Assembly: GCA_024137785.1 (NCBI GenBank)
Contig: JAHRHZ010000267.1
Coordinates: forward strand, 14,149,454 to 14,213,453
From: Ginglymostoma cirratum
Taxonomy: Eukaryota
Reading direction: 5' to 3'
Length of the DNA: 64,000 nucleotides
A program made the position numbers and the translations under genes. This document shows positions 35,521-48,310 of the stretch, in pieces. The notes below the pieces were generated by a model. It worked only from the letters and a program-made list of their open reading frames with translations, was not told the origin of the DNA and made no database searches. Within the stretch, counting starts at the first letter, position 1. Each line of letters starts with the position of its first letter.

Positions 35521-37825
35521 ATTTATCCTAATGTTTTCAGTTGAAAGCCTTGATTTCAATGTTTAAATTTCTCCTAGTTCTCTCTAAAATTCAATCAATG
35601 CAAAATATAAAAATTACAGTGGTATAGAATCTTTAAGTATAAAACACAAGAAAAATCAGGAGCAAAAAAAGGCCATTTGGCCTTTTAAAACTTATAATTT
35701 ATTACAACAAATGTCTGCATCTTAATATCCACCAATACTTTAAACACTCCTAGTGTTTGTTTCCTCTATTCTACAAAACAGATTTTACCAAATACTTAGT
35801 ATTGAATAAAGAGGTTCTTCCTGATATTCATACTTAAATCTGTGTTTGAGTAATTTTCAGCCATGTCCTCTGGCATTACATTGAAATAATATTTCGGTTT
35901 TACTATATCAACACCATTTAGTATACATTTTTTCTGATTACTGTACCGTGCTCCTTGACAGTTTTCTTTCCAGACTGTAAACATCGGATTTCTATCATCT
36001 CTCCTCAGATCTCATCTCTCGATGTTCCAACTTTCAGTGATGTGGTATCTTTTGCAATAAGTGTGGTCTGACTAGTATCTCAAAATACTTCAAAGTAGCC
36101 CCTGTAACCTTGTCCTGATCTAGTTACATGTTCTGACATTACATTCAGTTTTTTTTAAAAGTGGTTTGGCTATGCTTATCCATTTCTTAACGATATTAAT
36201 GTTTGTTTGTTATTTTGGCTGTGCAGTGTAAGTGTCCTGTAAACCTTTTTCTCCATCCTGTAACTCGATTGTTCAATCGGTTTGAGCATTGTCAGCAAAT
36301 CTGGTTTGGTTGGAGTCAGGGAGCTGAGACTGTGCTATGTCTATGACTCAGCTGTAGCAGAATGAGTGAGTGGGTTGAAGCAGAGCTCGATGACATAACT
36401 CAGCCATTTTAAAATCATATAATCTGTCTCTCCACCTCCATCATTAATTACTACGTTCACATTTCCAAAGCAAACTGGATTTTCTCCGACCAGTTCAGTG
36501 GCCCCCATTTAAGTTATTGCTGTTCAGTTATTTCTCTGGCTTAATTCTTATAATAGCTCCCATTCATTTCCTTAGCATTGATTGCAGTCTAATGAAAATG
36601 TAATTGTCAGAATCAGACTTGTCACCAAACACCACCCCCCCCCACCCCCTCAAATGTTGCTGCTGTTTGCATGCTTGACTTTTCCTGTGAAATTTCACCG
36701 ATGCTCTGCAATTTTTCTGCAAAGCTGACCAAATTTCTTGAAATACTCTTCGGCAGTCACAATATTGGAAAACCAGTGTAATATTCCATTTAGCATTATC
36801 AGCTATACCCGTTTCCAGGGATGTGTGTACACTTTATGTTAAGTAGACATTGCCTAATGCATTTGAAATGGATCCCAGATAAACTGTCACCTACACTATA
36901 TCTGATTAAATAATGCAATCTGACCAGCACTCTGTTCAATGTTATGTGTTTTATCTAGTTAATTATCTACAGTTTAAGGTGAATTATGTCGGAAATCATG
37001 GTCTAGTGAGTAAATGCAGCTCTACAAATCCATTATTTATATATTTTACTTAAAGCACAAAATTTGGTCATTAACATTTTGCCCATCAGTTCATGTGAGA
37101 GTAATTTTTCTGCAGTGTTACAACCATAAAGGACATCAGCTTCAGTTGAAAAATTGCACAAGCCGAATGAAATGTGCTCCAGGCTGTTGAGTGAGACAAG
37201 GGAGGAAATAGCAGGGCTGCTGGCAGTAATTTTCAATGCCTCTGGCCACAGGAGAGCTACCTGAGGACTGGAGGGCAGCCAATGTGGTACCGTTATCAAG
37301 AAGGGCAAGGGATTAACCAGGAAACCACAGGCCAGACAGTCTGTTTCTCAATAGTGGGGAAACTATTGGAACCAATTCTGATGGACAGAATTAATCTGCA
37401 TTTGAAGAGGCAGGGATTAATCAAGAACAGTTTCCTTAAGGGAAGGTCTGTCTGAACAGCTTGATTGAATTTTTCAAAGAGGTGACCAAGTGTGTAGATG
37501 AGGGCAATGCATTCGATATAGTCTACTTGGAATTCAGCAAGCTTTCGGTAAGATCTCACACGGGCGACTCTTAGTGAAGATAAGAACCTGCAGGATCCAA
37601 GGAAATCTGGCTAATTGGAAACAGAATTGGCTGAGTGACCAGAAGCAGAGCATGATGGTCAAGGAGTGTTTCTATGACTGGAAGCCTGTACCCAGTGGAG
37701 TTATTTAGTGATCAGTGTTGGAGTCCTTTAAGTTTGTGGTATTTATAAACAATTTAGACTTGAATGTAAGAGGATTGATCAGTAAGTTCACTGCAAATAT
37801 TAAAATTAGTGAGGTTGGAAATAGT

Positions 37826-38300
37826 CATAGAATCATGGAATCTCTATTGTGTGGAAAGAAGCCATTTGGCCCATCGAGGGCACACCGATCCTCCGAAGAA
37901 CATCTCACCCCCTACCCTATCCTCATAACCCTGCATTTACTATGGCTAACCCACCCACCCTGCACATCCTGGGACACTATGGGACAAATTAGTATGGCCA
38001 ATTCACCTAACCTGCACATCTTCGGACTGGAGGAAACCAGAGTACCTGGCAGAAACCTATGTAGGCACTGGGAGAACACACAAATTCCACACAGTTAACA
38101 CTGCTGCCTCACAGCACAAGAGACCTGGGTTCAATTCCAGCTTTGGGTGATTGTCTATATGGAGTTTGCATCGTTCTGCCTGTACCTTTGTGGGTTCCTG
38201 CTGGGAGCTCCAGCTTCCAAAAATGTGCAAGTCAGGTGCATTGGTGATGCTAAATTGTCCCTGGTGACTGGGGATGTGCAGGCTAGGTGAGTTACCCAGG
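37826..38300. mobile_element. HE1-type SINE as an inverted pair (minus 37826-38094, plus 38094-38300)
   Basis: V-domain present in both orientations. Flanked by ggaaatagt (37817-37825) and ggaaatggt (38301-38309). Confidence 0.75.
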
Positions 38301-38534
38301 GGAAATGGTGAAGGGGATAGCTTTAGATTTCATAATGATACAGATCGGCTGATCAGCAGCAAATGGAATTCAATCCAAATAAATGAGGTGATGCACTTTG
38401 GCACGACAAACAAAGCAAGGGAATACATTATGAACGGTAGGATCCTGGGAATCACCAAGGATCGGAGAGACCTTGGCGTGCATGTTCGCTTGTCCACTAA
38501 GGTTGAGGGACAGGTAGATAAAGTGTTTAGCGAG

Positions 38535-38810
38535 GCAATGGCCTAGTGGGTTTTATCGCTGGACTGTTATTGCAGAAGCCCAGTTAACGTTCTGGGGACC
38601 TGGGTTCAAATACCGTCACAGCAGATGGTGGAATTTGAATTCAATAAATATCTGGAATTAAGACTCTAATGATGACGATGAATCCATTGATTGTGAGGAA
38701 AAACCCACCTGGTTCACTAATGTCCTTACCTGGTCTGGCCTCCATTTGACTCCAGACCCACAGCTCTTAACTTCTCGCTGGGCAATTAGGGATGGGCAAT
38801 AAATGTTGGC
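38535..38810 (+). mobile_element. tRNA-derived SINE (second shark family) nested in CR1
   Basis: A-box tggcctagtgg, B-box gggttcaaatacc, tail gggcaattagggatgggcaataaatg. Confidence 0.7.
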
Positions 38811-40692
38811 TGATAATATTTATTAGCTGAAGCTTAAGAGCAGGGGGTTATGCTAGAACTGTATAAAAGGGTGGTTAGGCCAAAGTTAGAGTATTGTGTG
38901 CAATTATGGAATCATAGTATTGGAAGAAAGCGATGCACTGGAGATGGTGCAGATGATATTAACCAGGGTATTGCCTTAAGCTGGAGATTTTTATTTATGA
39001 AGAGAGATTGGAAGGACAGGGGTTGTTATTCTTGGAGCAGAGGAGACTAAGTTGGTACATGATTGAGATGTATCCTGTTATGAACAGGAAAGACAAGACA
39101 GGCAGGAAGGAACTTTTCCTCTTGATGAAGGGATCAGTAGCTGAAGGACTTGGATTTAAGGTAGGGGGCAGGAGGTTTAGATGTGGTGCGAGGAAAAATG
39201 TTTTCACCCAGAAGGCAGTGAGAATCTGGAACTCGCGGCTTGTAAGGGTGGTAAAAGGCAGAAACCCTCATAACATTTAATAAGTATTTAGATGTACACT
39301 TGTGATACTGAGGCACACAAGGCGATGGGCCAAGTACTGGGAAATGGAATTATACTAGCTTGGTGACTGCTTTTGACCAGCGCAAACAGGGTGGCCAGAA
39401 GGGCCCTTTTCTACGCTGTAGACCTCTGACTCTCTCATCCCTTCATTGACATGAAATTCGGAGCTACTGATGAGAATACACAAGCTCAAAAAAACTGCAA
39501 TTGGGAAAAATGTAGGATGAATGAAGACATGCCTGCTGGTTCCAGATTGCTAGCCTTGGGTTGTTTACAGCATCCGCAGTTCTTTTGGTTTTTATTGGAT
39601 TATTAACATGTGCCCACTGGAGCCCTCAATATGGATGAATGTTCAGTCATTAGCTGACTCTATATATATCCAGGGAAATTTATTTGGCATGGATAAATTG
39701 CCTTTCCTAGGTTAGCATTTGATATCTTTTTGAATGGTTCTTCCATTAGCTAATTTTCAGAGACTCCCACCCATTTCCAAGTACAGTGTAATCCTTAATT
39801 TGTGATAATGCATAAGAAAATTTTGCAATTTGAATGTTAGTCCACAGGCTGCATTTTATTATGTCCTGTGAATTTTTTAAAAAAATTATAGAACTTTAGA
39901 GCTGAAATCTAAGACTCCATCATACATCATATATCAATTGGGTTTTTTTAAGTACTTGAGGGTTTCTCATCCTTTAATCCTTTAATCAATTTAACAGATA
40001 TTTTCATTTGCAAATTATTCACAACTTTGCGTTGAACAAGATTTGGAAGATAATTTTCTCACAGTTTATTTACCTTCAGTGGATCAATGAGCAGGGCACT
40101 GCTGTGTTCACATTTACAGTAATCTTAAAGTTAATGATTAAATAGCATTTGAAGTTATTATTTTGATGCAAAAAAATTCTACTTTCAGAGTTTTAAGGTG
40201 GTGTATCACAATGGTAGCATGTTTTAATCTGATTGGCATAAAACATGTGGTCTTTCTAGATTATCCAAAACAACACATTTTTCCTTCACACAATAACTGT
40301 TGTGTGTAACTGGTGACTCACCAGGTTATTAGCAATTTCCAGAGCACTGTTGAAGATCAGACTGGTAATCAGGCAGTTCTAATACTTTTCAGTCAGTTCA
40401 ACAGCTTGGAATGGACAAAATGTCCGTAATCTTGATTGACAAAGCATTTTGGGCACTGCAGTCTGCTTGGATCTGTCTGGAGGAGATTTCACAGGCAACC
40501 ACATTCTTTTACAAAGGAACAATAGGCTGGATTTTATGTATCCTCGCTGGATACATTTGGGGTGGGGTTTATATGTCCTGCTGGTTAGCTCATCACCTTC
40601 CCAATTAGCTCTGAACTCACCACCATAACCGGCTTGGGTGGGTGAGTGGGTGCCCAAATGGTTGCCCTCATATCATATTAGCCTGGATATTA

Positions 40693-40986
40693 TCACAGAA
40701 TCCCTACAGTGTGGAAAAACAGGCCATTCAGCCCATCAAGTGCACACTGACCGTCCGAACAGCACCCCACTCAGACCCATTCCATCCCTGTGACCCTGCA
40801 TTTCCCACGGCCAACCCACCTAACCTGCACGTCTTTGGACTGTGGGAGGAAACTGGAGCACGCGGAGGGAGCCCATGCAGACACGGGGAGAATGTGCAAA
40901 CTGCACACAGACAGTCACCCAAGGGTGGAATGGAAGCTGGGTGCCTGGCGCTGTGAGGCATCAGTGCTAACCACTGATCTACCATG
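40693..40986 (-). mobile_element. HE1-type V-SINE, near full length
   Basis: Reverse complement of the 9352-9666 element; the ORF track shows the same NCLC.VCTFSPCL pseudo-translation. Confidence 0.88.
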
Positions 40987-41159
40987 TTACGTGGTAATAC
41001 ACTGGCTTAGGCAGTCTGGATGGAGTGGACAGACCATTTATAATGACCTATACAAAAAATAAGAAAGGATGGTGGGAGCAGTGCCATGTGGGCATAGAGG
41101 GCAACAACCCCCTCCCACCCCGACAAACAAACTATCCAGCTTCCTTCCAGGGGTTCAAG

Positions 41160-41834
41160 TAAATAGTTCCTTGAAAGTTGTGTCACAGTAGACAGGTGGT
41201 AAAGAAGGTGTTTGGCACACCTGCCTTCATTGCTCACATCATTAAGTATAGGAATTGGGATGTCATGTTGAAGTTGTACAAAACATTGGTTAGGCCACTT
41301 TTGGAGTACTGTGTATCCTGCTGTAGGAAGGATATTATTAAATTGAAGAGGATACAGAAACGATTTATCAGGATGTTACTAGGACTGAGGGTTTTGAGTT
41401 ATAAGGAGAGGCTCGATAGGCGGGGACACTTTTCACTAGAGTGTAGGAGGTTATAGAGTGTAGGACCCTGATAGATATTTATAAAATCATGAGGGGGATA
41501 GATAAGCTGAATAACAAAGGTCTTTTCCCTAGGGTAGGGTAGTTCAAAACTGGAGGCCATAATTTTAAGGAGAGAGGAGAATGATTTTAGAGGGACCTGA
41601 GGGGCAACCTTTTCACACAGAGGGTGGTTTGTATATCGAATGAACTGCCAGAGGAAGTGTAGATGCCGGTACAGTTACAAAATTTAAAAGACATTCAGAC
41701 AGGTACATGATTACCAAAGATTTAGGAGGATATGGGCCAGGCACAGGCAAATGGGACTAGTTTAGTTTGGGGAAATCTGGTCAGCATGAATGAGTTGGAC
41801 CGAAGGGTCTGTTTCTGTGCTGTATGACCCTATG
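41160..41834 (+). mobile_element. CR1 LINE 3' region
   Basis: VMLKLYKTLVRPLLEYCV...LKRIQKRFIRMLLGL..LSYKERLDR.G.FSLE.RRL, followed by the tail ggaccgaagggtctgtttctgtgctgtatgac. Confidence 0.88.
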
Positions 41835-43459
41835 CCTTTCAGAATCTGGCCTCTCAACCTGCTCTGCTCTGTCCTGAGGTCTAGGATCTCTCTTCATCAT
41901 AAAAACTCCATGTCCTACCTTCTCAGGGCAGCTAGGATCCACCTCGTCTCTTTACCCAAAATACCTGCAGCACCCTGACTGACCTCTGGCGTTGCCAGGA
42001 GTGGTCGAGCTGCTGTCCCAATCAGATTGGTCAACAGCTCCTGAGGGTGAGACGTCCTGCTAAGTGAAAGGTGGCGGCCCCACTATTAACACTTCCCTCA
42101 GTGTTTCATCGTGGCAGGGTGGGCTCACAAGAATCAAGTCAGCTTCCAGCCAACCTTCCTTTGGGAGGGTGTGGCCTAATATCCAGCTGACTGTTTCCTC
42201 CATATTGTGCTTCTAAGTGGGTAAAAGTCCTTATAGAGCAAATGTTAGTTTACTTGCAGCCTTCTGATAACATTATAGCATTCCTATAAAAGGCAGTATT
42301 TGGCTTTCTTTGATTTTCCCAAAACGATTACTCACGGTTTCTACACAGTGGAGTCCCAGATTTGATCCACCTTTGTCAGATTAGCATACTGGTCAGAAGA
42401 GCAGGCGAGGTGACTAAAGGGAAGGAAGAATGCTGAGCAGGGAGAAGGAGGAGTGTGCTGAAGATGATCAAGTGAGGAAGAGGTGTTTAAACAATGAAGG
42501 CTATGTTGTGCGTTTGTTTTAGCGAGCAAGAGTTAAATTTCAGATGCGGCAGCAGAGGTCGTGTGAGAAAATTATACAGATTGGAGAAAAGAACCAGCTT
42601 AAACTGCGACTAGTTGAAGTACTTGTGTGAATAACGAAAGTGGGCTTACTTAAATGGAAACTCTTAGCCTCCTGTTAGCACAGGCAGTCTGATGTTCGCA
42701 CAATCAATAAAAATAGCTAATGAATAGGAAAACACAGAGACAGCTTGAGAAACCTTGATCAGACCTCTGCCTTTTTTTCACTGAACAAAAAATATTTTCC
42801 TTTAGTTCCATGGTTTATGTGGCAAAAGATGAGAGATTGCAAGGAGGGGAATGTCATCATTTACTATACTATCCAGTCACAGTACCTAGTGCTGCAAAGG
42901 CTTGCAATCACTGATGTTGCTGAATATATCAGAGAGACTTGCTTTGATTAATTGCCATAAACAATATTTCATATGGCACAACATAGTGTAAAATTGGAAT
43001 TTAACCATGCATGCTCTATATCGTCAGCATGGCGGATGTGAGAAGTATTTGGAGGGATATAGTTACGTGACACTGACAACTATGTTTCCAAAACAGCGGA
43101 AATGCTTCCAATCAGAAAAGTAGACTTGGCCCAGGATTGTGTCAACAAAGTGCCATTCCAAACATTCAAACCAGAAATCTGCACCACTTAATGCACTCTC
43201 TTTTATGTTCCTTATATAATTACATTGAAAATTTAAAGTGCCACCAACATGCATGGATACCGCATACAATTCAGATGAAGCTGTTATTGGTGAAATCCAA
43301 CAGTGCCGCTTTAAGAGAATTTCCTAATCAAACAGGGAGGTTCTTCATCGTAGCCAGAACATCCATACATCATTATTGTTTGTTGAGACTAGCTTAATCA
43401 GAGAGCCACATTTAATGGCATTTCTCATGGTTGCCTCTCATTGCCTTGTACGCAAGAAT

Positions 43460-44290
43460 TAAGAACATAACAACAGTCAGATTTGGAGTAGGAGCAGAGC
43501 AAGCCATTCAGCCCCTTAAGCCTGCTCCACTACTCATCAAGATCATGGCTGATCATAATCGCATCTCCACATCCTGCCTATCCTTGATAAGCTTTCATTC
43601 CCTTGCTTAACAAGAATCTGTCTATCTCTCCCTTAAAAATATTTAATCACTCTACTACCACCAGCTTTTCAATATTTCATCTAACATCTGTTTTTAATGG
43701 GTGAGCCTTAATTTTTAAAGACACACACAGTTCTAGATTCGCCCATAAGACCAATCACCCTCATTTACTTGTCAAACTCCCAAAGGATCTTAAATACTTC
43801 AAACCAATTACCTGTTACTGTTCTAACCTCCAGCAGATACAAGCCTATCTTTTCCTTCATTTCCTTGTAAGAGTAGCCCTCCCTTTTCTGATATTAGTTT
43901 GGTAAACCTTCTCTGAACTGTCTCCAACTTACATCCTTCCTCAAATAGGAAGACTAATACTGTGCACAGTCCTCCACATACAGTGTCCTACATAACTGAA
44001 ACGCATCCTCTATTTTTGCATTCAAATCTCCTATAAATAACGTTACATTAGATTTCCCAATTACTGCAGTACCAGCACACTAACCTGCAATTCATGCACA
44101 TACACAACCAGATCCCTTTGCAACTCAGGGCTCTGAAATTTCTAACCATGTGGATAATATACCTTTTATTTTTTATGCCATAATGAATAATTCCACATTT
44201 CCCCATATTGTAATCTATTTGTCACATCTTTACACACTCCCTTAACCTATTTATTTCCTTTACCAACTCTCCTTAATCCTCTTCACAAAT
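43460..44290 (-). mobile_element. CR1 LINE 3' region, decayed
   Basis: Starts with the reverse tail aagaacataa...ggagtaggag...gccattcagcccc...cctgctccac...aagatcatggctgatc. Confidence 0.7.
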
Positions 44291-44984
44291 TTCTTCCCTG
44301 TCTTCATTTTCTTACAATGATTGATTGTCCCGTTTGCCCTGCACTATACCTCACCCAGGTTGCCAGGTTCTTTATCTCACTTTTCCAGCCCCGTCTTCTG
44401 TCCTCCCTACGCTCCTGCACTCTTCCATGTGCTGACCCGCTCCAGAACCCTTGATCATTACTAACTTGCCGGTGGAGGTCCTGAGTCTTTGGGCAGACTA
44501 ACGTTCTTCCTCTTCCCTCCATTGTGCGGTACAGTTAAACAAGGAAATTGACTGATTTTATGCACCATTGCTCAAAGCTTGATTGACACTTATCACATTT
44601 TATGATTATGAACAAGTGTCACAAGATTCTCAAGCGCTGCTGACTTTATCCAAGAGCAGGACTTCATTAAAAACGGTTTCAGACTAATGTGTATTCGTGG
44701 CAGGCCAGTGTACCACAATTACACACAGGCTGGTACAGTGCTCAACATGTCACAAACACTCCATCTTAACCCAATGTCAAGAAATTGAAATTTTATATAT
44801 CCCACCTAATTAAGTCACGTGCTCTGGTAGAGTCCTTAAAATCTCTCCCTTGATATCAATGCAGATAAAACCTAAACAATGCAGGTCTAGGAGAAACAGA
44901 CTTTGTGATTATACAGCACTGTTGACAGCATCAGGAATTTGACAGCCAATTAAATACTTTTAAAATGATAGTCGCTGCTATAAA

Positions 44985-45320
44985 CTAGGAAATACTACAG
45001 CTAATTGGCACAGACCACACTCCCATAAACAATGTGATGATGACTGGATAATCTACTTTGGTGATAGTCATTGAGAGACACATATTTGGTAGCATAGAAG
45101 GGAAATCTCCTCTTCTTCAAAGCGATGTCCATGGGATGTATCACTAAACTGATCAGAGCTGGTTTAATACTCCATTTCATAGGCAGGAACTCTGAGAGTG
45201 AAACTTTCCCTGAGAATTGAACTAGAATCTCAGATTTTCGCCACAGGTTTCCTGAACCTACAAACCTCTGACTGAGTGACATGACTGATGCCATTGAACT
45301 ACAGCTGACACCCACAGGTA
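44985..45320 (-). mobile_element. Deu-domain SINE, decayed
   Basis: Reverse complement colinear with the 6450 and 12960 copies. Confidence 0.6.
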
Positions 45321-46554
45321 TTGGTGGGGCTTCAAAAAGTTACAGGCAAATAGACACTTGGACCAAACTCCAGATTCCAGTTTAAGCACAAGTGTAACCT
45401 TGGATCTCTGTCACCTGCTTTCCAGCTGGCATGTGTTAGCTGAGAAACTCTTACAGTATTTGCGATGAAACTTCTAACAATCATTTGAAAACCTTAATTT
45501 ATTGAAGGCAAATGTGGAACTCTGTTTTAGTCCTGGCTGCAAGCCTAACCAGCTAAGCATTTAAGCTTCTCTGCCTTTGCATCTCCAGTTGTAAACGTCA
45601 ACCCCAAAAAAATTGGTGACGTCATGTACACTTTACAGCAATGACCAGGTTTTGGCTGGCATTCAATGTCATTCATGATTTCGAAATTTGTTCTCAAGTT
45701 CCCACTGCCCCTCCTGACATCTCTGCATGCCTGCAGCAGGACATGTGATGGGCTTTCTGAGCTCCCGACGGAACTGATTGGTAAAGCATTCTAACCCCAT
45801 TGGGAAGCAGGACATCAAAGCCCCCATTTAAAACGCAGCCTCCAGTTCGGTTTCATGGTGGGGTGTTTTTGTTTTACTTTCTTTCAGATGGTTCTTTCAG
45901 TGGGAGATGGTGTCAGAAGTTTCTGGGATAATAATGGTGCATTTGTGGCACCCGTCATTATTTGTTTGTAAGCCAAATGTAGAATCTTGCAGTGAACATT
46001 TCATGCAATACGATTGGTAAAATGAAGTGTCCGATTAATGTCGGAAGTCATGCCAAGGTGCACCATTTGAGCAATGTTTTGTCCTGTCTCATTCTCCGTG
46101 TTGGCGCTGTCAAAGTGTTTTGATGTCACGGCTGCCCAATTTTTACAGGGTAAAAAGAATGGAAAATTGCACAGCGGCTACAGCATACAGCTTTAAAACT
46201 CCATTTCTGCATCACGATAAATGTGCAGCTTGGTAATAAATTACTATGCATTTTATCTCGATTATGATTGAATGAGGAATTCTATCAACTATGGCAAAAA
46301 AAAACAGTCAGTTTGCAAATCTTTCTTGCCACAGCCCATTTAATCACTCATTCAACCATCTGAAGAAAATAGCAGGGGGAAAAGCATGTGTATTTATATC
46401 CCAACGTGATTAGACTTCTGAATTCCTTCACACTTGAGTCAAAAATCTGCAAATTGCTGTTATTAGGTGAAATTTGACAGTGGATTATTTACGTTACTGA
46501 GCAGAACAAGATGAATGGCTGTATGAATGTTTTTGTACTTTTGCATTTAAATGT

Positions 46555-46890
46555 TGCACTTGAAGAGGAATTCAGCATACTGGGCATAGTCTCCAAAAGG
46601 TGGATAAAGGATTTGGTAAGATAGACAGGGAAAATTGATTTCATCTGATGGATAACTTCAGTAAAGAGGAGCATAACCTTAAAAATGGAGCTAGGCTACT
46701 CAGCAGTGAAGTCACTCCTTCAGGCAAAGGGTAATGGAAATCTGGACCTACTCCCTCAAGAAGCTGTTGAGGCTAGATGAATTGAAAATATCAGAATGGA
46801 GGCTGACTGTTTTTTGTTCAATAAAGACTTGAACTGATGTTGAACCAAGGAGAGTAACTGGAGTTGTTACAGACCAGCCACAATGTTTTA
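46555..46890 (+). mobile_element. CR1 3' fragment, decayed
   Basis: RG.HNLK and F.QRV..IW..LPQ.AVEA remnants. Confidence 0.55.
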
Positions 46891-47769
46891 AATATTCTTT
46901 CACTGGATGTGGGCAGCTCAGGCAAGGCCAACAGTTGTTCCTGTTCCCTAATTGCCCTTGAAAATTAAACAGTTGAAGAAGTTAAATGGCTTACACACCT
47001 GCTCCTATGGCTGGAAATGCAAGAAGGTGTTTTCGTGTGATTCACTTGCAACAGAATTGGCAAATGCATTCAGGCCATTGGGAGATGGATTGATAAAGTG
47101 AGCATTCACTGTAGCACGAAAAGAGGTTGCCTTCCTTAGGCTGCAGTTTGTCTTAGCTAGGGAGCAAAGTAGAGAATCACATATTTACTTATATATTCAG
47201 TGCCGTGCCTGAAGAGAGATTGCTTAATGCAAGATGTCAAAAGTCGAAAATGTGTTCCATTTTCTCGCACTGTTAGTATTGAGAAACACACAAATTTGTT
47301 AATAAAATAAATAAATTGCAGAATATATCTGGGGTTGCCTAAATTGATTCAATGCATTCGAATTTTTATTTTTGATTTGAGATGGGATTCTGTACTCAGG
47401 TTAATCAGTGCTGGTAAATGAAGTCCCATGTTTTGTGTGCCTGTCAAGCATTTCCAGGTCAGATATTGAAAGAATACAGGCCTTTCAACTATACCGCAGC
47501 CATGCACCTTAACCCTAATCTTAAACTGCCTAGAGCAGCACTGTGGCTCATTTAATTTCACCAGTAACCCAATGGCACTGCTGAATAAAGCCATTAATCT
47601 ATTGCTTATTGCTGAACGTAGGCAGTTCTGTACCGTGTGGACTTGTACTGAATTAGAACCAGACCAGTTGAACACATTACAGGTTTAAGAACCTTATTTG
47701 TGTTGGTTGAGGAAGCGACTCCCTCTTTTCACTCTGAACTGAATGGAAACACAGCACTTTGGCAAAAGG

Positions 47770-48310
47770 GAGAGATAGTAGGAACTGTAGATGCTCGAGA
47801 GTCTGAGATAACAAGGTGTAGAGCTGGATGAACACAGCAGGCCAAGCAGCATCAGAGNNNNNNNNNNNNNNNNNNNNNNNNNNNNNNNNNNNNNNNNNNN
47901 NNNNNNNNNNNNNNNNNNNNNNNNNNNNNNNNNNNNNNNNNNNNNNNNNNNNNNNNNNNNNNNNNNNNNNNNNNNNNNNNNNNNNNNNNNNNNNNNNNNN
48001 NNNNNNNNNNNNNNNNNNNNNNNNNNNNNNNNNNNNNNNNNNNNNNNNNNNNNNNNNNNNNNNNNNNNNNNNNNNNNNNNNNNNNNNNNNNNNNNNNNNN
48101 NNNNNNNNNNNNNNNNNNNNNNNNNNNNNNNNNNNNNNNNNNNNNNNNNNNNNNNNNNNNNNNNNNNNNNNNNNNNNNNNNNNNNNNNNNNNNNNNNNNN
48201 NNNNNNNNNNNNNNNNNNNNNNNNNNNNNNNNNNNNNNNNNNNNNNNNNNNNNNNNNCTCTGATGCTGCTTGGCCTGCTGTGTTCATCCAGCTCTACACC
48301 TTGTTATCTC
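47770..48310. mobile_element. Family A fold-back element spanning an assembly gap
   Basis: The arms on either side of the gap are exact reverse complements. TSD actttggcaaaagg (47756-47769) / actttggtgaaagg (48312-48325). Confidence 0.75.
47858..48257. other. Assembly gap (400 N)
   Basis: Run of N. Confidence 0.99.

Larger units (their letters stand above)
37150..39430 (+). mobile_element. CR1 LINE ORF2 (RT to 3' end), decayed, with nested SINEs
   Basis: Remnants of W..ANVVPL.KKG, YRPVSL.SIVGKLLE, VYL.FSKAF, FINNLD, MLELYK.VVRPKLEYCVQ.W and FTQKAVRIWNS, plus a CR1 tail. Confidence 0.85.
40524..42188. mobile_element. Possible old non-autonomous DNA transposon (GGCTGGATTTT-type ends) containing nested SINE and CR1
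   Basis: aggctggatttta ... taatatccagct as degenerate TIRs. Similar left ends occur near 16031, 27976 and 56123. Confidence 0.3.

Noticed and set aside
45617-45624. Perfect CRE palindrome TGACGTCA
   Set aside because: A single 8-mer can occur by chance in 64 kb, and there is no promoter context.
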